Source: Chiloscyllium plagiosum
Taxonomy: Eukaryota
Length of the DNA stretch: 64,000 nt
Reading direction: 5' to 3'
NCBI RefSeq assembly: GCF_004010195.1
Contig: NC_057719.1
Span: 34,569,692 to 34,633,691 of the forward strand
Below are positions 13,185 to 26,145 of this stretch, in pieces; the first letter of the stretch is position 1; each line of letters starts with the position of its first letter. The notes beneath the pieces are model-generated. The model saw nothing but the letters and a program-made list of their open reading frames with translations, was not told the origin of the DNA and ran no database searches. The translations under genes were made by a program, and so were the position numbers.

Positions 13185-13717
13185 TGGGTTGAGAGTGTAG
13201 TGCTTGAACGTTTCAGTCATAAGCCCTTCGTCAGGAATGGCAGAGGAAAGGATTTGGGCGGTACAGTGAGAGAAGGACTCACTGAGATCTTTGTAGAGAA
13301 AGCAGGAGAACCTCTTCAAGGTAAGGATCCTTGGAAGATGCTTCGCAGTAAAGTTAAAATCAACTTGGAGACAGTGAGATCTGCAAATGCTGGAGATCAG
13401 AGTTGAGAGTGTAGTCGAGAGTGAAAAGCACAGCAGGTCAGGCTGTGGTGGGCGTTTGGAATGCTTTGCCAGCAGAGGTGGTAGAGGCAGGCATGGTACA
13501 TTAATTTAAGATGCTTCTGGACAGATGCATGAGTAGGTGGGGAACAGAAGGATACAAACGCTTGGGAATTGACCGACAGGTTTAGGCAGGACATTTGGAT
13601 CAGGTCAGGCTTGGAGGGCCGAAGGGCCTGTTCTTGGGCTGTAAGTTTTCTTTGTTCTTTGATCTTTGTTCTTTGAACAGGAGAATCGACGTTTTGGGCA
13701 TAAGCCCTCGATCAGGA
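13185..13717 (-). mobile_element. Neptune-type Penelope terminal remnants, interrupted by a CR1
   Basis: Two hammerhead-like motifs on the minus strand (CTGACGAAGGGCTTATGACTGAAAC ~13209-13233; degenerate copy ~13686-13714) and the GAAAAGCACAGCAGGTCAGG terminal motif. Confidence 0.75.
13443..13675 (+). mobile_element. CR1-like LINE 3' end
   Basis: VVGVWNALPAEVVEAG; GGGCCGAAGGGCCTGTTC; (TTCTTTG)n tail. Confidence 0.85.
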
Positions 13718-15159
13718 TCCCCACAGGAGATTCTGCTGCAAATAGCACTGGGCGAAGTTGTAGGAGAGTTGCAGGGTTGGAATTTCATTTCCTTATGGTT
13801 TTCTTTCCGCAGCTCATATAAACCTGCTTTTGAAGGAAACTGCACTTTTTGTTTCATTTCATGCAGAGATCCTGAGTGAGCTTCAAGTTAGGCTGTTAAA
13901 GTGTCCTTGTAGTGGCTTTTTTGACTGCCCTGAATGGGCACTCCAGCTTCAAGCTTTCTTTAAAAAAATCACTTTTGTGAGCAATCATCAGGCATCCTGA
14001 CCCCATGATCAGTCCAACTCAGTTATAATTGCCCATCACTAGTATTTTGTCAACCACCTGATCTTCTGAAGTTTTGAAGGCAGCTAAACTGTATGCATTT
14101 GCACGGCTTTGCCTGACCCTTTGTCTGAACCTCACACATGGACAGAACCGTTGCTCTGTAGACTTGATGTTTGGCACACAGACTTACTCACGTTCATTTC
14201 CTGACTGCTGTTCGAGTCTGCTGAAGGCTATTGTTGATTTATTCTTGCATGTGCCACATCATCAATGCAGATAGCTGAAGAGAGAGAGAGAGAGGGAGAC
14301 AGGGTGTACTGCTGAGAAAAGTGAACTTATCCACTGCTGATGTGTTCTGTCATGGGCTAAAATGCTGGGCTTGAGATCATGCTCTCCTGAAGAGGCTGAT
14401 GCATTCCTTCACTTCTCTATGTACTGATTGTTAGGTGTCACATGCGTTGGAGAACATCTCCATGTTACATTGCATTTCCAGCTCTGAACCAGCAGTAGAA
14501 TACAATTGACGCAAAACAGGAAATTGTGAACTACGTCATTGGAGATTTTGGTCTTTTCCTGGAGCAGTCTCAAATTAAGCAACTTCTCGACGATGTGAAA
14601 CCTGACATTGAGTTCAAGATCTCTGACATGGAAGGAATTGAAGAGCACATAGTGGAGAAAACATACTGAAGATGATTGTTGCTAGCATGCAGCCCTTTTA
14701 ACTCCATTCAAGATTGGGTAATGGATCAGAAGACTCATTATCATCCAGGAAGTCTGTGAATTTGCCACCATGGAACAGTTGAACCATTTTGATTAATTTC
14801 TTAGGACAGGCAAATTTCTCTTTTTGCCTTTCAAATTCTTTGTCATATCCACAAATATGGTGCAGATATTCATATTTTGCTCTTGACATTTTCCCTGGAG
14901 CTGTCCAACTTAATGGCTCCTTGTTCTGAAGCTACTCTGACTCTCTGGCAGCAGATTCAGGTCAAAATGTTGCACTAAACAGTTCAGAAAGACTCTAGTG
15001 AAGATGTTTCCTGTGCTGAAGAGGAATTTGTCTGTTCGATTGTTGCAAGAATGGTGAGTTCATACAGGTGAACAAGAGAACCATCTTTGTAGGATATCTC
15101 CTGGCTCACAAATAAACTAGAAGAGTTCAGCATTGCCCTCCAGCCTTGTAGACTGGCAT

Positions 15160-15485
15160 GGTGGCATGAGTGGCTCAGTGGTTAGCATTGCTGCCTCACA
15201 GCACCAGTGGCCCAGTTTTGATTCCTGTCTTGGGCAACTGTCTGTGTTGAGTTTACACATTCTTTGTGGGTTTCCTCCAGGTGCTCCAATTTCCTCTCAC
15301 AGTCCAAAGATGCACAGGTTAGGTGGATTGGCCACACTAAGTTGATCATAGTGCCCAGGGATGTGTAGGTTAATTGGATTAGCCATGGGAAATGCTGAGA
15401 TAGGGGAGTGGGGTATTCTTTGGAGTATTGTTGTGAACACAATAGGCCAAATGGCCTACTTCCACACTATAGGGTTTCTATGATT
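15160..15485 (+). mobile_element. HE1-type tRNA-derived V-SINE (diverged)
   Basis: Box A TGGCTCAGTGG, V-domain TTTCCTCTCACAGTCCAAAGATG, CR1-like tail. Confidence 0.85.
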
Positions 15486-15548
15486 GTTGACCTCAAATGA
15501 GATGATTTCAGCTCCTGGAGTTCCACCACAAGACAGCAGTTTAATTGT

Positions 15549-16892
15549 TTAGATCAGAGAGGTGCTGGAAAAGCACAGCAGGTCAGGCAGCATTCGAGGA
15601 GCAGGAAAATCGACGTTTCGGGCAAAGGTTGGAACTGGGGTAAGGTGGGGGGAAGGGAAATGAGGAAACTGGTGAAGTCCACATTGATGCCCTGGGGTTG
15701 AAGTTTTCCGAGACAGAAGATGAGGCGTTCTTCCTCCAGGCATCGGGTGGTGAGGGAGCGGCGGTGGAGGAGTCCAGGACCTGCATGTCCTCGGCAGAGT
15801 GGGAGGGGGAGTTGAAATGTTGAGCCACGGGGCGGTGGGGTTGATTAGTGTGGGTCCGGAGATGTTCCCTGAAGCGCTCTGCGAGGAGGCGTCCAGTCTC
15901 CCCAATGTAGAGGAGACCGCATCGGGAGCAACGGATACAATAAATGATATTGGTGGATGTGCAGGTGAAACTTTGACGGATGTGGAAGGCTCCTTTGGGG
16001 CCTTGGATGGAGATGAGGGAGGAGGTGTGGGCGCAGGATTTGCAATTCCTGCAGTGGCAGGGGAGGGTGCCAGGACAGGAGGGTGGGTTGTTGGGAGCGT
16101 GGACCTGACCAGGTAGTCACGGAGGGAACGGTCTTTGTGGAAAGTGGAAAGGGGTGGGGAGGGAAATATATTCCTGGTGGTGGGGTCCATTGGAGGTGGC
16201 GGAAATGATATGGTTAATGCGAAGGTTAGTAGGGTGGAAGGTGAGGACTGGGGGGTTCTGTCCTTGTTACGATTGGAGGGATGGGGTTTGAGGGCAGAGG
16301 TGCAGGATGTGGATGAGATGCATTGGAGGGCATCTTCAACCAAGTGGGAAGGGAAATTGCAATCTCTTAATAAGGAGGCCATCTGGTGTTCTATGGTGGA
16401 ACTGGTCCTCCTGGGAGCAGATACGGTGGATGCAGAGGAATTGGGAATACGGGATGGCATTTTTGCAGGAGGTAGGGTGGGAAGAGGTGTAATCCAGGTA
16501 GCTGTGGGAGTCGGTGGGTTTGTAAAAAATGTCAGTGTCAAGTCTGTCATCATTAATTGAGATGGAGAAGTCCAGGAAGGGGAGGGAGGTGTCAGAGCTG
16601 GTCCAGGTGAATTTAAGGTCGGCGTGGAATGTGTTGGTGAAGTTGATGAACTGCTCAACCTCCTCGCGGGAGCACGAGGTGGCGCCAATGCAGTCATCAA
16701 TGTAGCGGAGGAAGAAGTGGGGAGCGGTGCCGGTGTAACTATGGAAGATGGACTGTTCTACATAGCCGACAAAGAAACAGGCATAGCTGGGGCCCATACG
16801 GGTGCCCATGGCTACCCCTTTGATCTGGAGGAAGTGGGAGGATTCGAAGGAGAAATTGTTAAGGGTGAGGACCAGTTCAGCCAAACGAATGA
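15549..16892 (-). mobile_element. Penelope-like element (Neptune type), 5'-truncated, frameshifted RT + GIY-YIG endonuclease
   Basis: ORF 16336-16884 has QIKGVAMGTRMGPSYA...FLRYIDD (PLE RT). Minus strand ~15865-15995 reads FTCTSTNIIYCIRCSRCGLLYIGETGRLLAERFREH (GIY-YIG). Terminal repeat with GCCCGAAACGTCG at ~15610-15625. Confidence 0.95.
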
Positions 16893-17450
16893 GTGTGTTT
16901 GTTCATTCCAACAGCATGGGAGGGTCTTCAGGAGAGCACTTACTAGTATCCTGCTGAAGTCTGTTCATTATTTGCTCATTGATGGCTGAAAGCTAACCCC
17001 CTAGGCTATGCTTGAAAGTGTTTTGCTCTTCATTCTGGAATTTGGGTTTGTCTTGTGAGTGATGCTGATCCATTGGCAACATGGATTAGCAATGATCCAC
17101 TGGACTGGGACCTGTAGAGATTTCAGAGCACTATAGAATCCCTTCATGTCTTTGTGTTTCACGTGTAGCAGAAATTTATCTGCTTTATGATGAAGTTAAG
17201 TAACTTGTATCTCCCTGAGCTTGCAGTTGACAGTCCTGCAATACTTTCAGTAAACATCCTGCTTAAAAACTGTTTCAGAGTTACAAAATGGCAGCGACCC
17301 AGCAAGTCTGAGTCTGTAGTACTCTGCCCAAGACTCAGGCAAAGTGGGGTACCCGCCTCTACCACACCCTCTAAACCATTTAAAATAACTCTTACCCAGC
17401 ATGTTTAGTCATTTTGCACTAAACTTGAACAGTTTGATGCTGTGCTTAAA

Positions 17451-18308
17451 ATGAATAAAGGAAAAAATGCCTGCAGCTCGCAACAAGCGGGGACCCCTCC
17501 CCCACCCCGTCCAGCAGCAACGGAGACATCCGCGGCCGCCTCAGAGGGACTTACCTGCAGAAGTGAGCTTAGTCTCCGTGATCAATAAGTTTCAGGAGAG
17601 GATCGACGCGTTTATCGAGGAACCCAGGAGCAGGTGGGAGTCGCTCTCGGTCGTGCTGCGAAAGCACGACCAAGAAATTAAAAAACTTGAACATCGCATT
17701 GGAGGGGTGGAGCTAAAGGCCCCGACGTCAGAGACTGCTGCTGAATCAGCCATGGGCCCGATCCGGGCTCTCGAAAAGCGAGTCCGGACCTTGGAGGAGC
17801 ACATCGATGACCTCGACAATCGGAGTCGTCAAAAAACATTCAGTTGCTGGGCCTTCCTGAACGGGAAGAGGAAGGCCAGCTGGCTATTTTTTTGGAGCAA
17901 TGGTTCCCTGAGATATTAAAGTTGGAGTCCAGACCAGGCCAGATGCGGGTAGAGTGGGCCCACCGGGTTGTTATATGCAGGCCTGAGTCGGACCAGTGCC
18001 CCTGTCCGGTTCTGTTCCAGCTCTAATGCTATAGAGAGAAACAGATGCTCCTGGAAGCCTCTAGAATCTTGGGGAAGGATCCCCAGGCCATGGTGTACCA
18101 GGGCTCTAGGATTATGCTGTTCCAGGACTTTTCTCCAGCCGTGGTCTGCAAAAGGAGAGCATTTGATGAGGCGAAAAAGTGTCTGAGAGACTTAAACATT
18201 CAATATTCCTTGCGTTACCCAGCAACGCTGCACTTCAGCCATGAAGGATCCGTTTATACCTTTGGATCACCGGAGAAGGCTAAAGAGTTTTTGGACTCTC
18301 TTAAATAG
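17451..18308 (+). pseudogene. L1 ORF1p (coiled coil, RRM, CTD), frameshifted
   Basis: Pieces: LEKRVRTLEEHIDDLDNRSRQK; LGLPEREE...RVEWAHRV; IMLFQDFSPAVVCKRRAF...YSLRYPATL...SPEKAKEFL*. These match the L1 ORF1 (Transposase_22) layout. Confidence 0.9.
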
Positions 18309-19013
18309 ACTGTAAGAATTTAAACCGTATAGCTCATGATGCTATTTTGCAACCCCTCTTCCCCGGTTTACTTTTACTTTTTCTTTCACTTTTCATCCCC
18401 TTTATTGTTTAATATCATCTCCGGTGGGGCAGGGAGGGGGCTTATTTGTTATCCACTATGTGATTTTCTTTTTTTTTTACAGGCCGGGCGGATTAGTTGA
18501 TTCGGGGGGGGAAGGGGGGGGTGGGGGCGTCTGCTCTGTCCTACCTCAATTTTTTTTCGAGTGGGGTTTTTTTTCTTCTGTTATTATACTTAGTTATCTA
18601 TTACCAGCTGGGATTGTAACTTTATAGTTTTATATCTTTATACTTTGTATTATCTTTACTAAACGTATCCAAGTGTTGGCATGAGCGGGGGGCTGGGGCA
18701 TTCACTTTTAACTTTGGTTCTATAGGACACTTGAATTTATTTACTCTATTATGTGGTGCCTGGGTCGAGGACAGGGCGCTGGTTGGGAGAGGATAAGGTG
18801 GGTTTACTGACACATAGTGATGCCCCTGGGAACAAGAGGGAAAATCTCCTTTTAAATGTGTTTTGTATTTTTCTTATTTAGAAATAGTTTTTAACTATAT
18901 TGGCGTTAATGTATTAAAGAATTTCTACTTTTGTGAATTTTCTACGGTCTGTGCTCGTGGTGTTTTGGGTATGGTTCTCCTTCCCGGGGACTCTCGGACT
19001 TGCCTGGACGTTC

Positions 19014-22000
19014 ATGGTTCGTCATTCAATTAGGTGGTGCACCTGGAACGTCAAGGGGAGTAATTCACCAGTCAAAAGAAAGAAAATACTATCAAACCTC
19101 AAAAAAGAAAGGGTAGATATAGCTCTCTTACAGGAGACACACCTACTGGATAAAGAGCACTTAAAATTACAACAAGGAGGATTCGATCAGGCCTTCTTTT
19201 CATCTTTTAGTTCAAAAAGTAAGGGAGTAGTCATTCTCATTCGGAAGAACCTCCCTTTCAAAATCTTAAGTCAAATAAAAGATGAATCTGAACAGTATAT
19301 ACTGATCAAAGCCCTCATAAATGGACAGGAGTATGGAATTTTGAATCTTTATTGTCCCCCGGCACACCCCTTCAAATTTATAATGAAAGGATTCTCCAAA
19401 CTGATGGCTTTTGGGGCTCATCACACAATTATAGGAGGAGATTTTAATTTTACTATGGACCCAGAGATAGACAGGATACCCAGGAGTACTGCAGGTATAT
19501 CTCTTAGATCCAGACAATTGGCAGATTTGAACAAGGAGCTAGGGTTAGTAGATGTGTGGAGGTGCCTTCATCCGCAGGACAGAGACTTTACTTTCTACTC
19601 TAACCCACATAAGTGTCACACTAGAATTGATATGTTTTTTGCTCCCTTGACCTTTTTGAACTCCATATTATCCTGCAAAATAGGTAATATAATAATTTCT
19701 GATCATGCTGCAATATATATGGAAGTTAAGACTAGGGATGATGAGACAAGCTCCCGACATTGACATATGGATTTCTTCTTAATGAAGGATAGCAAATTCA
19801 TTAAATATTTCTCTCAAGAATTCCAAACCTTTTTTGGAAATTAACTCAGGTATGGCCAGTAACCCGTCAGTGATGTGGGAGACCATTAAGGCTTATGCAC
19901 GAGGTCTCATTATTTCAACACCAGAAAAAACAAAAGGGAGAACAACAGTGTCTACTCAAGGCTTGCTTGAAGGCAGCTGAGATAGCCTATGTTGATAGGC
20001 CCTCTATTGCTAAGTTATAAAAGGATTACAGCCCTTAGGACAGCCTTGAGTACCACACTTACCCAAACAGCAAAGAGGGAAATATTATTTGCAAAGCAAA
20101 GACTATATGAATACGGCGATAAGCCTGGTAGATACCTAGCATATCTCACAAGGAGACAAAAGGCCCCTCAAGCTATCACGTCCATTAGGGAAAGTGCTGG
20201 TACTTTGACTCATGACTGCACAAGGATTAATACAGCCTTCAGAAAGTTTTATTCTGATCTGTATAAATCACAGGATTGTGAAGACAGAGCTAAGAAGATG
20301 GAGTCCTTTTATAAAAGCCTGGCCTTTCCGGACTTAACCCCGGAACAGGTGTCGTTCCTGAATGCTCCCCTGACAACCCAGGAAGTACTGCCTGAAGCAA
20401 TCAGGCAGCTTCAGAGCGGTAAAAAACCTGGCCCAGATGGATTCCAGGCTGAATTCTACAAAGGGTTTATAGGGATACTGGCTGGCCCACTTATAGACAT
20501 GTACAATTAGTCAGGGCTGCCTATCGCCTTTGATGAGAGAAGCAAATATTTCTCTCATTTTTAAAAAAGGGAAGGCCCCAGAAGATTGCACAACATACAG
20601 GACAATATCTTTGCTAAATGTAGATTTTAAAATTCTTTCTAAAACATTAGCATTAAGGCTGGAGAGGGTTTTACCATACATCATAAAAGAGGACCAGATG
20701 GGGTTTATCAAGGGGCATAGATCATCTAATAATATTAGAATGGTTTTAAATGTGATTCAAGTCTGTCATCAGGAAAGAATACCAGGAATAGTAGTCTCTT
20801 TAGGTGCGGAGAAGGCATTCGATCGGGTTGAATGGTCATATTTGTTTTACACACTGGAAAATTTTGGAATTGGAGAGTTATTCGCCAAATGGGTCTCAAT
20901 ATTGTACAATGACACCAAAGCAGCCATGATTACTAATGGTTTAGGCTCAGATAGCTTCAGTGTGGGTAGGGCTGTCGTCAGGGATGTCCTCTCTCACTTA
21001 TTATTCATACTAATAATTGAACCATTAGCAGAAGCTATACAGGCCGATTCTAATATAATAGCTCCGAGGGTTGGTTCAGGTAAACATAAAATTACCCTTT
21101 ATGCAGATGATGTTCTCCTTTTTCTTAGTAATCCTTTGATATCTGTGCCCCACTTGATCCAAGTAATCAATTTATTCAGTGCGTTCTCAGGTTACAAAAT
21201 CAATTTCACAAAATCGGAGGCCATGCCGATGGGTGGCTTCACTAGTATGTCCAATTTATTGGACGGGTCTTGCTTTCCCCTTCGGTGGTCTCTGGAGGGT
21301 TTTTTATATTTGGGTATTTTTATCACCCCAGTATTTGATCAGCTGTACAAAGCCAATTTTGTGCACCTATTAGAGAGGATAAGGCAGGACCTTCAACGAT
21401 GGGGGGAATCTCCCGATATCTTGGTAAGGCAGAATAGCTCTAATTAAAATGACTATTTTGCCTCGCCTCCTATACCCTATGAGAATGCTCCCTGTGATGT
21501 TGCCAAGGCTGGCATTGCGTAAACTATACGGTTGGCTTGGTTCTTTCATTTGGAATCATAGGCAGCCCCTTATTAAATTAAAGAAGCTGCAGCTTCCACA
21601 AGCAAGGGGAGGACTGGATTTTCCAGACTTTAGGAAGTACCAGCTGAGTTCTCTATTAAGCTACGTAGCCGACTGGGTCTCATGTGACCCGCAATCAATC
21701 CGGCTGGACATTGTGGCTTCTCAAGTAAAGTGTTCCCTAATTAATCTCTTATTTTTAGATAAGGTGAAAGTTATTATGGACCATTGTAAAAACCCCATTG
21801 TATTAAATACAATTAAAGCCAGGAAGATAATGTGGCAAGACGAGGGTAATTCACAAAAAAACCTCTCCTCATACTCTTATAGTGGAAGCATGGGATTTTC
21901 AACCGGGGCACTCAGACGCTACATTTAAAACTTGAAGGTCCTGGGGTATTTCTTGCTTAGGGGATCTGTTTGATGGGGTGGTTATGATGTCTTTTGGACA

Positions 22001-22783
22001 GCTGCACCAGAAATTTGGAGATCTTTTTTGATATTTCCAAACTCAAGATTATATACGGAAGAAGACCACATTATTGGATAGCTCTTATAAATCGGATAGG
22101 GAAAGAAGAGTGTTATGACCAATGGGTCCACCCTCAGTCAGCACTCTTTATCACTCATTACAGAACGAAGTATCGAAAGACATGGCACAATTGTTTAAAA
22201 CATGGAATCAGGAATTGGGGTTGGAAATCCCTTCAGAAATGTGGGACAACATCTGGGAAAATGCCAGAAAAATCTTCATTTGTAATAGAACCCAAGCTAT
22301 TCAATTAAAGGTACTCCATAGGACTCATATAGCACTGGAACGACTGGCAAAATTTAGGGCAGGAACATCTCCTATGTGTCCTAAGTGTAAAATAGAAGTG
22401 GGCACTCTCACACACTGCTTATGGACATGTCATAAGATCCACAAGTACTGGATCAGAGTAGCAAATGCGCTGACAGAAATCTCGGGAGCAGAAATTAGAG
22501 TAGATCCAGTATCTCTTCTCCTGGGCTTTTTGAACCTGCCCTCTCTGGATGTTGGTGGGAGGAAGTTATTTTCCATTCTCTCCCTTTGTGCAAGGCAAAA
22601 TATCTTGGTAAATTGGGTAGCTGAGGGCCCTCCAGGACTTTCAAATTGGCACAGGTTAAATCCCTTGACTTCCTTACAAATATGGTGCACCAAAAAACTG
22701 AATTATTCTATAAAATATAGCAGCCCTTCCTGAACTATATAAATACAGATATTTTGGCCATATTGTCAAGGGCTTTTATCTAG
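19014..22783 (+). pseudogene. L1 ORF2p (APE endonuclease, RT, CCHC), multiple stops and frameshifts
   Basis: TWNVKG, LLQETH, GGDFN, TRIDMFF, ISDHA (APE); KKPGPDGF, AEKAFDRVEW, LYADDVLL (RT); CPKCKIEVGTLTHCLWTC (zinc knuckle). Confidence 0.95.
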
Positions 22784-25051
22784 TTGTGGTAGTGGTTCTG
22801 GCTGGTCCGGGGACCCCCGGGGGGAGGAATCTCGTATGAATATGGGTTTTATTATGACTTGATGTTAATTCATTCTGAACATGTACTTCATTATTTAATT
22901 ACTATGTTTTTTTGAGTAATGTAAGATATTCTATTATATGCTTTGATTATTTGTAGGTTAGATTAGTACTTAGTTGAGTTTTTTTTCTTTTATTGTTTGT
23001 TGTGTTTTGGTTATTATTTATTTAGTATTTAATTGAATATTAGTGTTTATATTTGTTTGTGTTATTTTGTAAGTTTTTAAAAAAAGTTTAACAAATTTCC
23101 TTTCTTTCAATAAAAATATCTATTAAAAAAACTGTTTCAATAGAACCACTGAAAGCTTACTTGTGCTTGATTCTTGGTCAAGCAGTTGCTATTAGAAACT
23201 CTTCAGTATTGTCAACTTGGATAGTCACCATGTGTTATGAGTCCTCTACTAATTATTCCAATGAACTCTTCTCCATTCAGTTCAAAATGACAGAAACATT
23301 GATTGCTAACACACAATGCTATACTTTGCATTTTCTTGGATAAAGACAGCACTTTCCAACAATAGATGATAAAGTCAGTTTACTCTGTTGAAATAACCAC
23401 CAATCGTCGTTGATGCTGCTTGCAATAAAGAAAAGGTGCTTCAATTCATTCCAAGCAAATAATTGACACATCAATAAACGATAACACAGTTATAAACAAT
23501 GGTGGGTGAGCTGAAGCTTTTCTTTTGCTCTCTCAAGGGAAATGAATTTCTGATCTTGACCACATTCTCTGACCCCTCAGCTAAACCTGTCAAGTTTTAT
23601 TTTTAATCTCTTTCTTCCTTATGTACTTACTTCATTTCTCCTAAATGAATTTATGCTACTCACATCAACTCCTCCATGTGGTAGCAAGCTGCATGCTGTA
23701 GTCACTCTCTGGTGAAAGGAACTTCTCTTTAATTCCTTATTGAATTAGTGACTAACCTAAGTTAATGTGCATTAGCTAAATGTTTGACTCTGATTATGTC
23801 AGCCACAGACTAAGGCTGAAAGCAGGCTGTACAATACAATAAAATGTCTAGGTCTAAGGCCATATTTTTCTTTAGGTTTTCAATGCTTACCACAAATATT
23901 CAGCTAGACTGACAATTGTTTTCCATGTGCACTCGGCATTTGTCTGGTAGTGAACACTGTGTATCCTACAACAAAGTGTCTGCCTAGGACCAAATTTACA
24001 CTTTCACAATCAATCAATCAAATGTCGTTTATAAGATGTTTCGCCGTGTTTCACTAACAAAACAATGGTTTAAATGTAGTGAAGATTTGTTGTAGTCTAT
24101 ACAACAATTGTCTTGAAGTAGTGGGAAAGCATTTTCATGGAAGCATAATATAAGGATGAGAGGTTTTTATTAAAACAATTTTTCAGCTGAAAGTTCAATT
24201 AGTATGTTTTGAGAAGCTGTGAATAGCGCTGATGGACAATGGCAACTGTATCAAATAAAACAGGCCTAATTATGAATGCTCGGCTGAGTTCCTAAAATTG
24301 TTAATGCACGTTTATGCAGCTGCCCAGGGGAGGAAAAGCATTGCTTATTTAACATCTCTATTAGCTTGAAATAGCCTGTTCTTTCTATGAACATTTTTAA
24401 TTGAATATGCATTTATTTGTATGGGATTATGCAGTGTAAAATGGAGAAGAGTCTTTGATATTGATACTATGAATAGCTGTGATGGGTTAGCAGTTTTCTG
24501 AAAGGGTAAAGGGGTCACTATATTCCAATGAAAATGCTGAATATCTGTTTATTTTTGGATAATAACACAAGATTAGGGTCTTCCCCTGTTCACAAACCCT
24601 CCGAGAATCCTGAACCATGTCCAGAAGGGACCCAATTCTGCCAAAATTGCAGGGAGGAAGGGTTTGAATTGCTCATCTCTACAAAGGAGCTAACAATGAC
24701 AGGAAGGTAGCCTTGAAGTTGGTAATACACATCTTTACCCTATGCTGGCAAAAGATGCTGGAAACAAGAATGGGGACTAGCATCACTTCCTGCCTATCAT
24801 TTCAAGTGACTCATGCGTTGGCTTAACTCAGAAAAAATCCAGGCCCTTGTGTAATTATATGAGACAACTGTGTGAACAAAACCCTTCACTAAACAATCCT
24901 TACCAGAACATTGGGCGAGCTAGCTAGTTGAGGTTTGCTTGAGCTATGCAGTAAATCAATCGTTCCAGTGGACTTCACACAATGGAATTTACTGAAAGGA
25001 AGTTGAAGTAAGATGGACTGTACCATAATGGCTTTAAATGTACTTTGTAGT

Positions 25052-25370
25052 TTAGATTAGATTAGATTACATTACAGTGTGGAAACAGGCTCTTCGGCCC
25101 AACAAGTCTACACCGACCCGCCGAAGCGAAACCCACCCATACCCCTACATTTACCCCTTACCTAACACTACGGGCAATTTAGCATGGCCAATTCACCTGA
25201 CCCTGCACATCTTTGGACTGTGGGAGGAAACCGGAGCGCCCGGAGGAAACCCACGCAGACACGGGGAGAACGTGCAAACTCCACACAGTCAGTCGCCTGA
25301 GGCAGGAATTGAACCCAGGTCTCAGGCGCTGTGAGGCAGCAGTGCTAACCACTGGGCCACCGTGCCGCCC
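25052..25370 (-). mobile_element. HE1 SINE, full-length and young-looking
   Basis: Minus strand GGGCGGCACGGTGGCCCAGTGGTTAGC (box A), GGTTCAATTCC (box B), V-domain, (AATCT)n tail; CpGs retained. Confidence 0.95.
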
Positions 25371-25389
25371 ACAAATTATGTGTTTTAGA

Positions 25390-26145
25390 GTCTTTACAGG
25401 GAAACTGGTCCTTTAGACCGTCATGATCATGCTGGTCACCAGGCATCATTTTCTTCTCATCCAATTTTCCAGTACTTGGCCAGTAGCCTTGTCTGCTATG
25501 TCATTTCAAGTGCCCACCTAAATACTTTGTGAATGTCTTGAGGGTTCCTGCTTCTACCGTGCATTGGGAGTAAGTTCCAGATTTCCAACATGCTCAGCAA
25601 AAAGAAACTATCCTCAAATTCCATTTTAACCTCCTGGTCGTTACAATTTTGCCCCTTGGTTATTTTCTCCCCTACAAGGGGCAATGGTCCTCCCTGTCTA
25701 CCTTATTTATGTCCCTCAGAATTTTGTACACCTCGGTCAGGTCTCTGCCCTCCCCCAATCTTCTCTGTTCTAAGGAAAACAGCTCTAGCCTATCCAGTTT
25801 CCATCATAATTTTCTTGCTCTTGTGTTTAATGCCTTTAACAATAACATCAAGTGTCCCATATGTTCTCCTAACCATCTTATCCACCTATCCTGCTACCTT
25901 TAAGGATATTTGGATATGCACAACAAGATCCATCTGATCATCTGTACTTCCTTGGGTCCTACCAATCAATGTTTACTCCCTTGCCTTGCTCGTCCATCCA
26001 AAATGCATCACCTCACACTTTTCAATATTAATTTCCATTTGCTACTGCTCAGTCCATCTGAGCAGCTTGTCTATATGGTCCTGTAGTCTGAGACTTTCTC
26101 CTTGCGATTTAACATACCACCAATTTTGTGTCCTCTCCAAACTTG
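25390..26145 (-). mobile_element. Old CR1-like LINE 3' fragment
   Basis: ORF 25496-25684 has FFLLSMLEIWNLLP; upstream decayed RT C-terminal sequence. Confidence 0.65.

Larger units (their letters stand above)
17278..23131 (+). mobile_element. Full-length L1-clade LINE, decayed
   Basis: 13-bp TSD AAAAACTGTTTCA at 17265-17277 and 23127-23139, at a TT/AAAAA site; 5'UTR, ORF1, ~700-bp spacer, ORF2, T/G-rich 3'UTR, AATAAA at 23109 and a short A tail. Confidence 0.95.
13870..23450 (-). mobile_element. Ancient RTE-clade LINE split by younger insertions (pieces ~13870-15150, 15486-15548, 16896-17277, possibly 23140-23450)
   Basis: Collinear RTE peptides on the minus strand: KDMKGFYSALKS (~17.1 kb), TIKLLSCGGTPGAEII (~15.5 kb), LLPESQSSFR (~14.95 kb), CPKKLIKMVQLFHGG...DDNESSDP (ORF 14698-14889). 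Outer limits approximate. Confidence 0.7.

Noticed and set aside
15549..16700. 383-aa Pro/Ser-rich ORF as a host gene
   Set aside because: It is mostly an alternative frame of the frameshifted Penelope RT/GIY-YIG sequence.
25290..25370. tRNA genes at box A/B motifs
   Set aside because: All are SINE heads continuing into SINE bodies and LINE-like tails.
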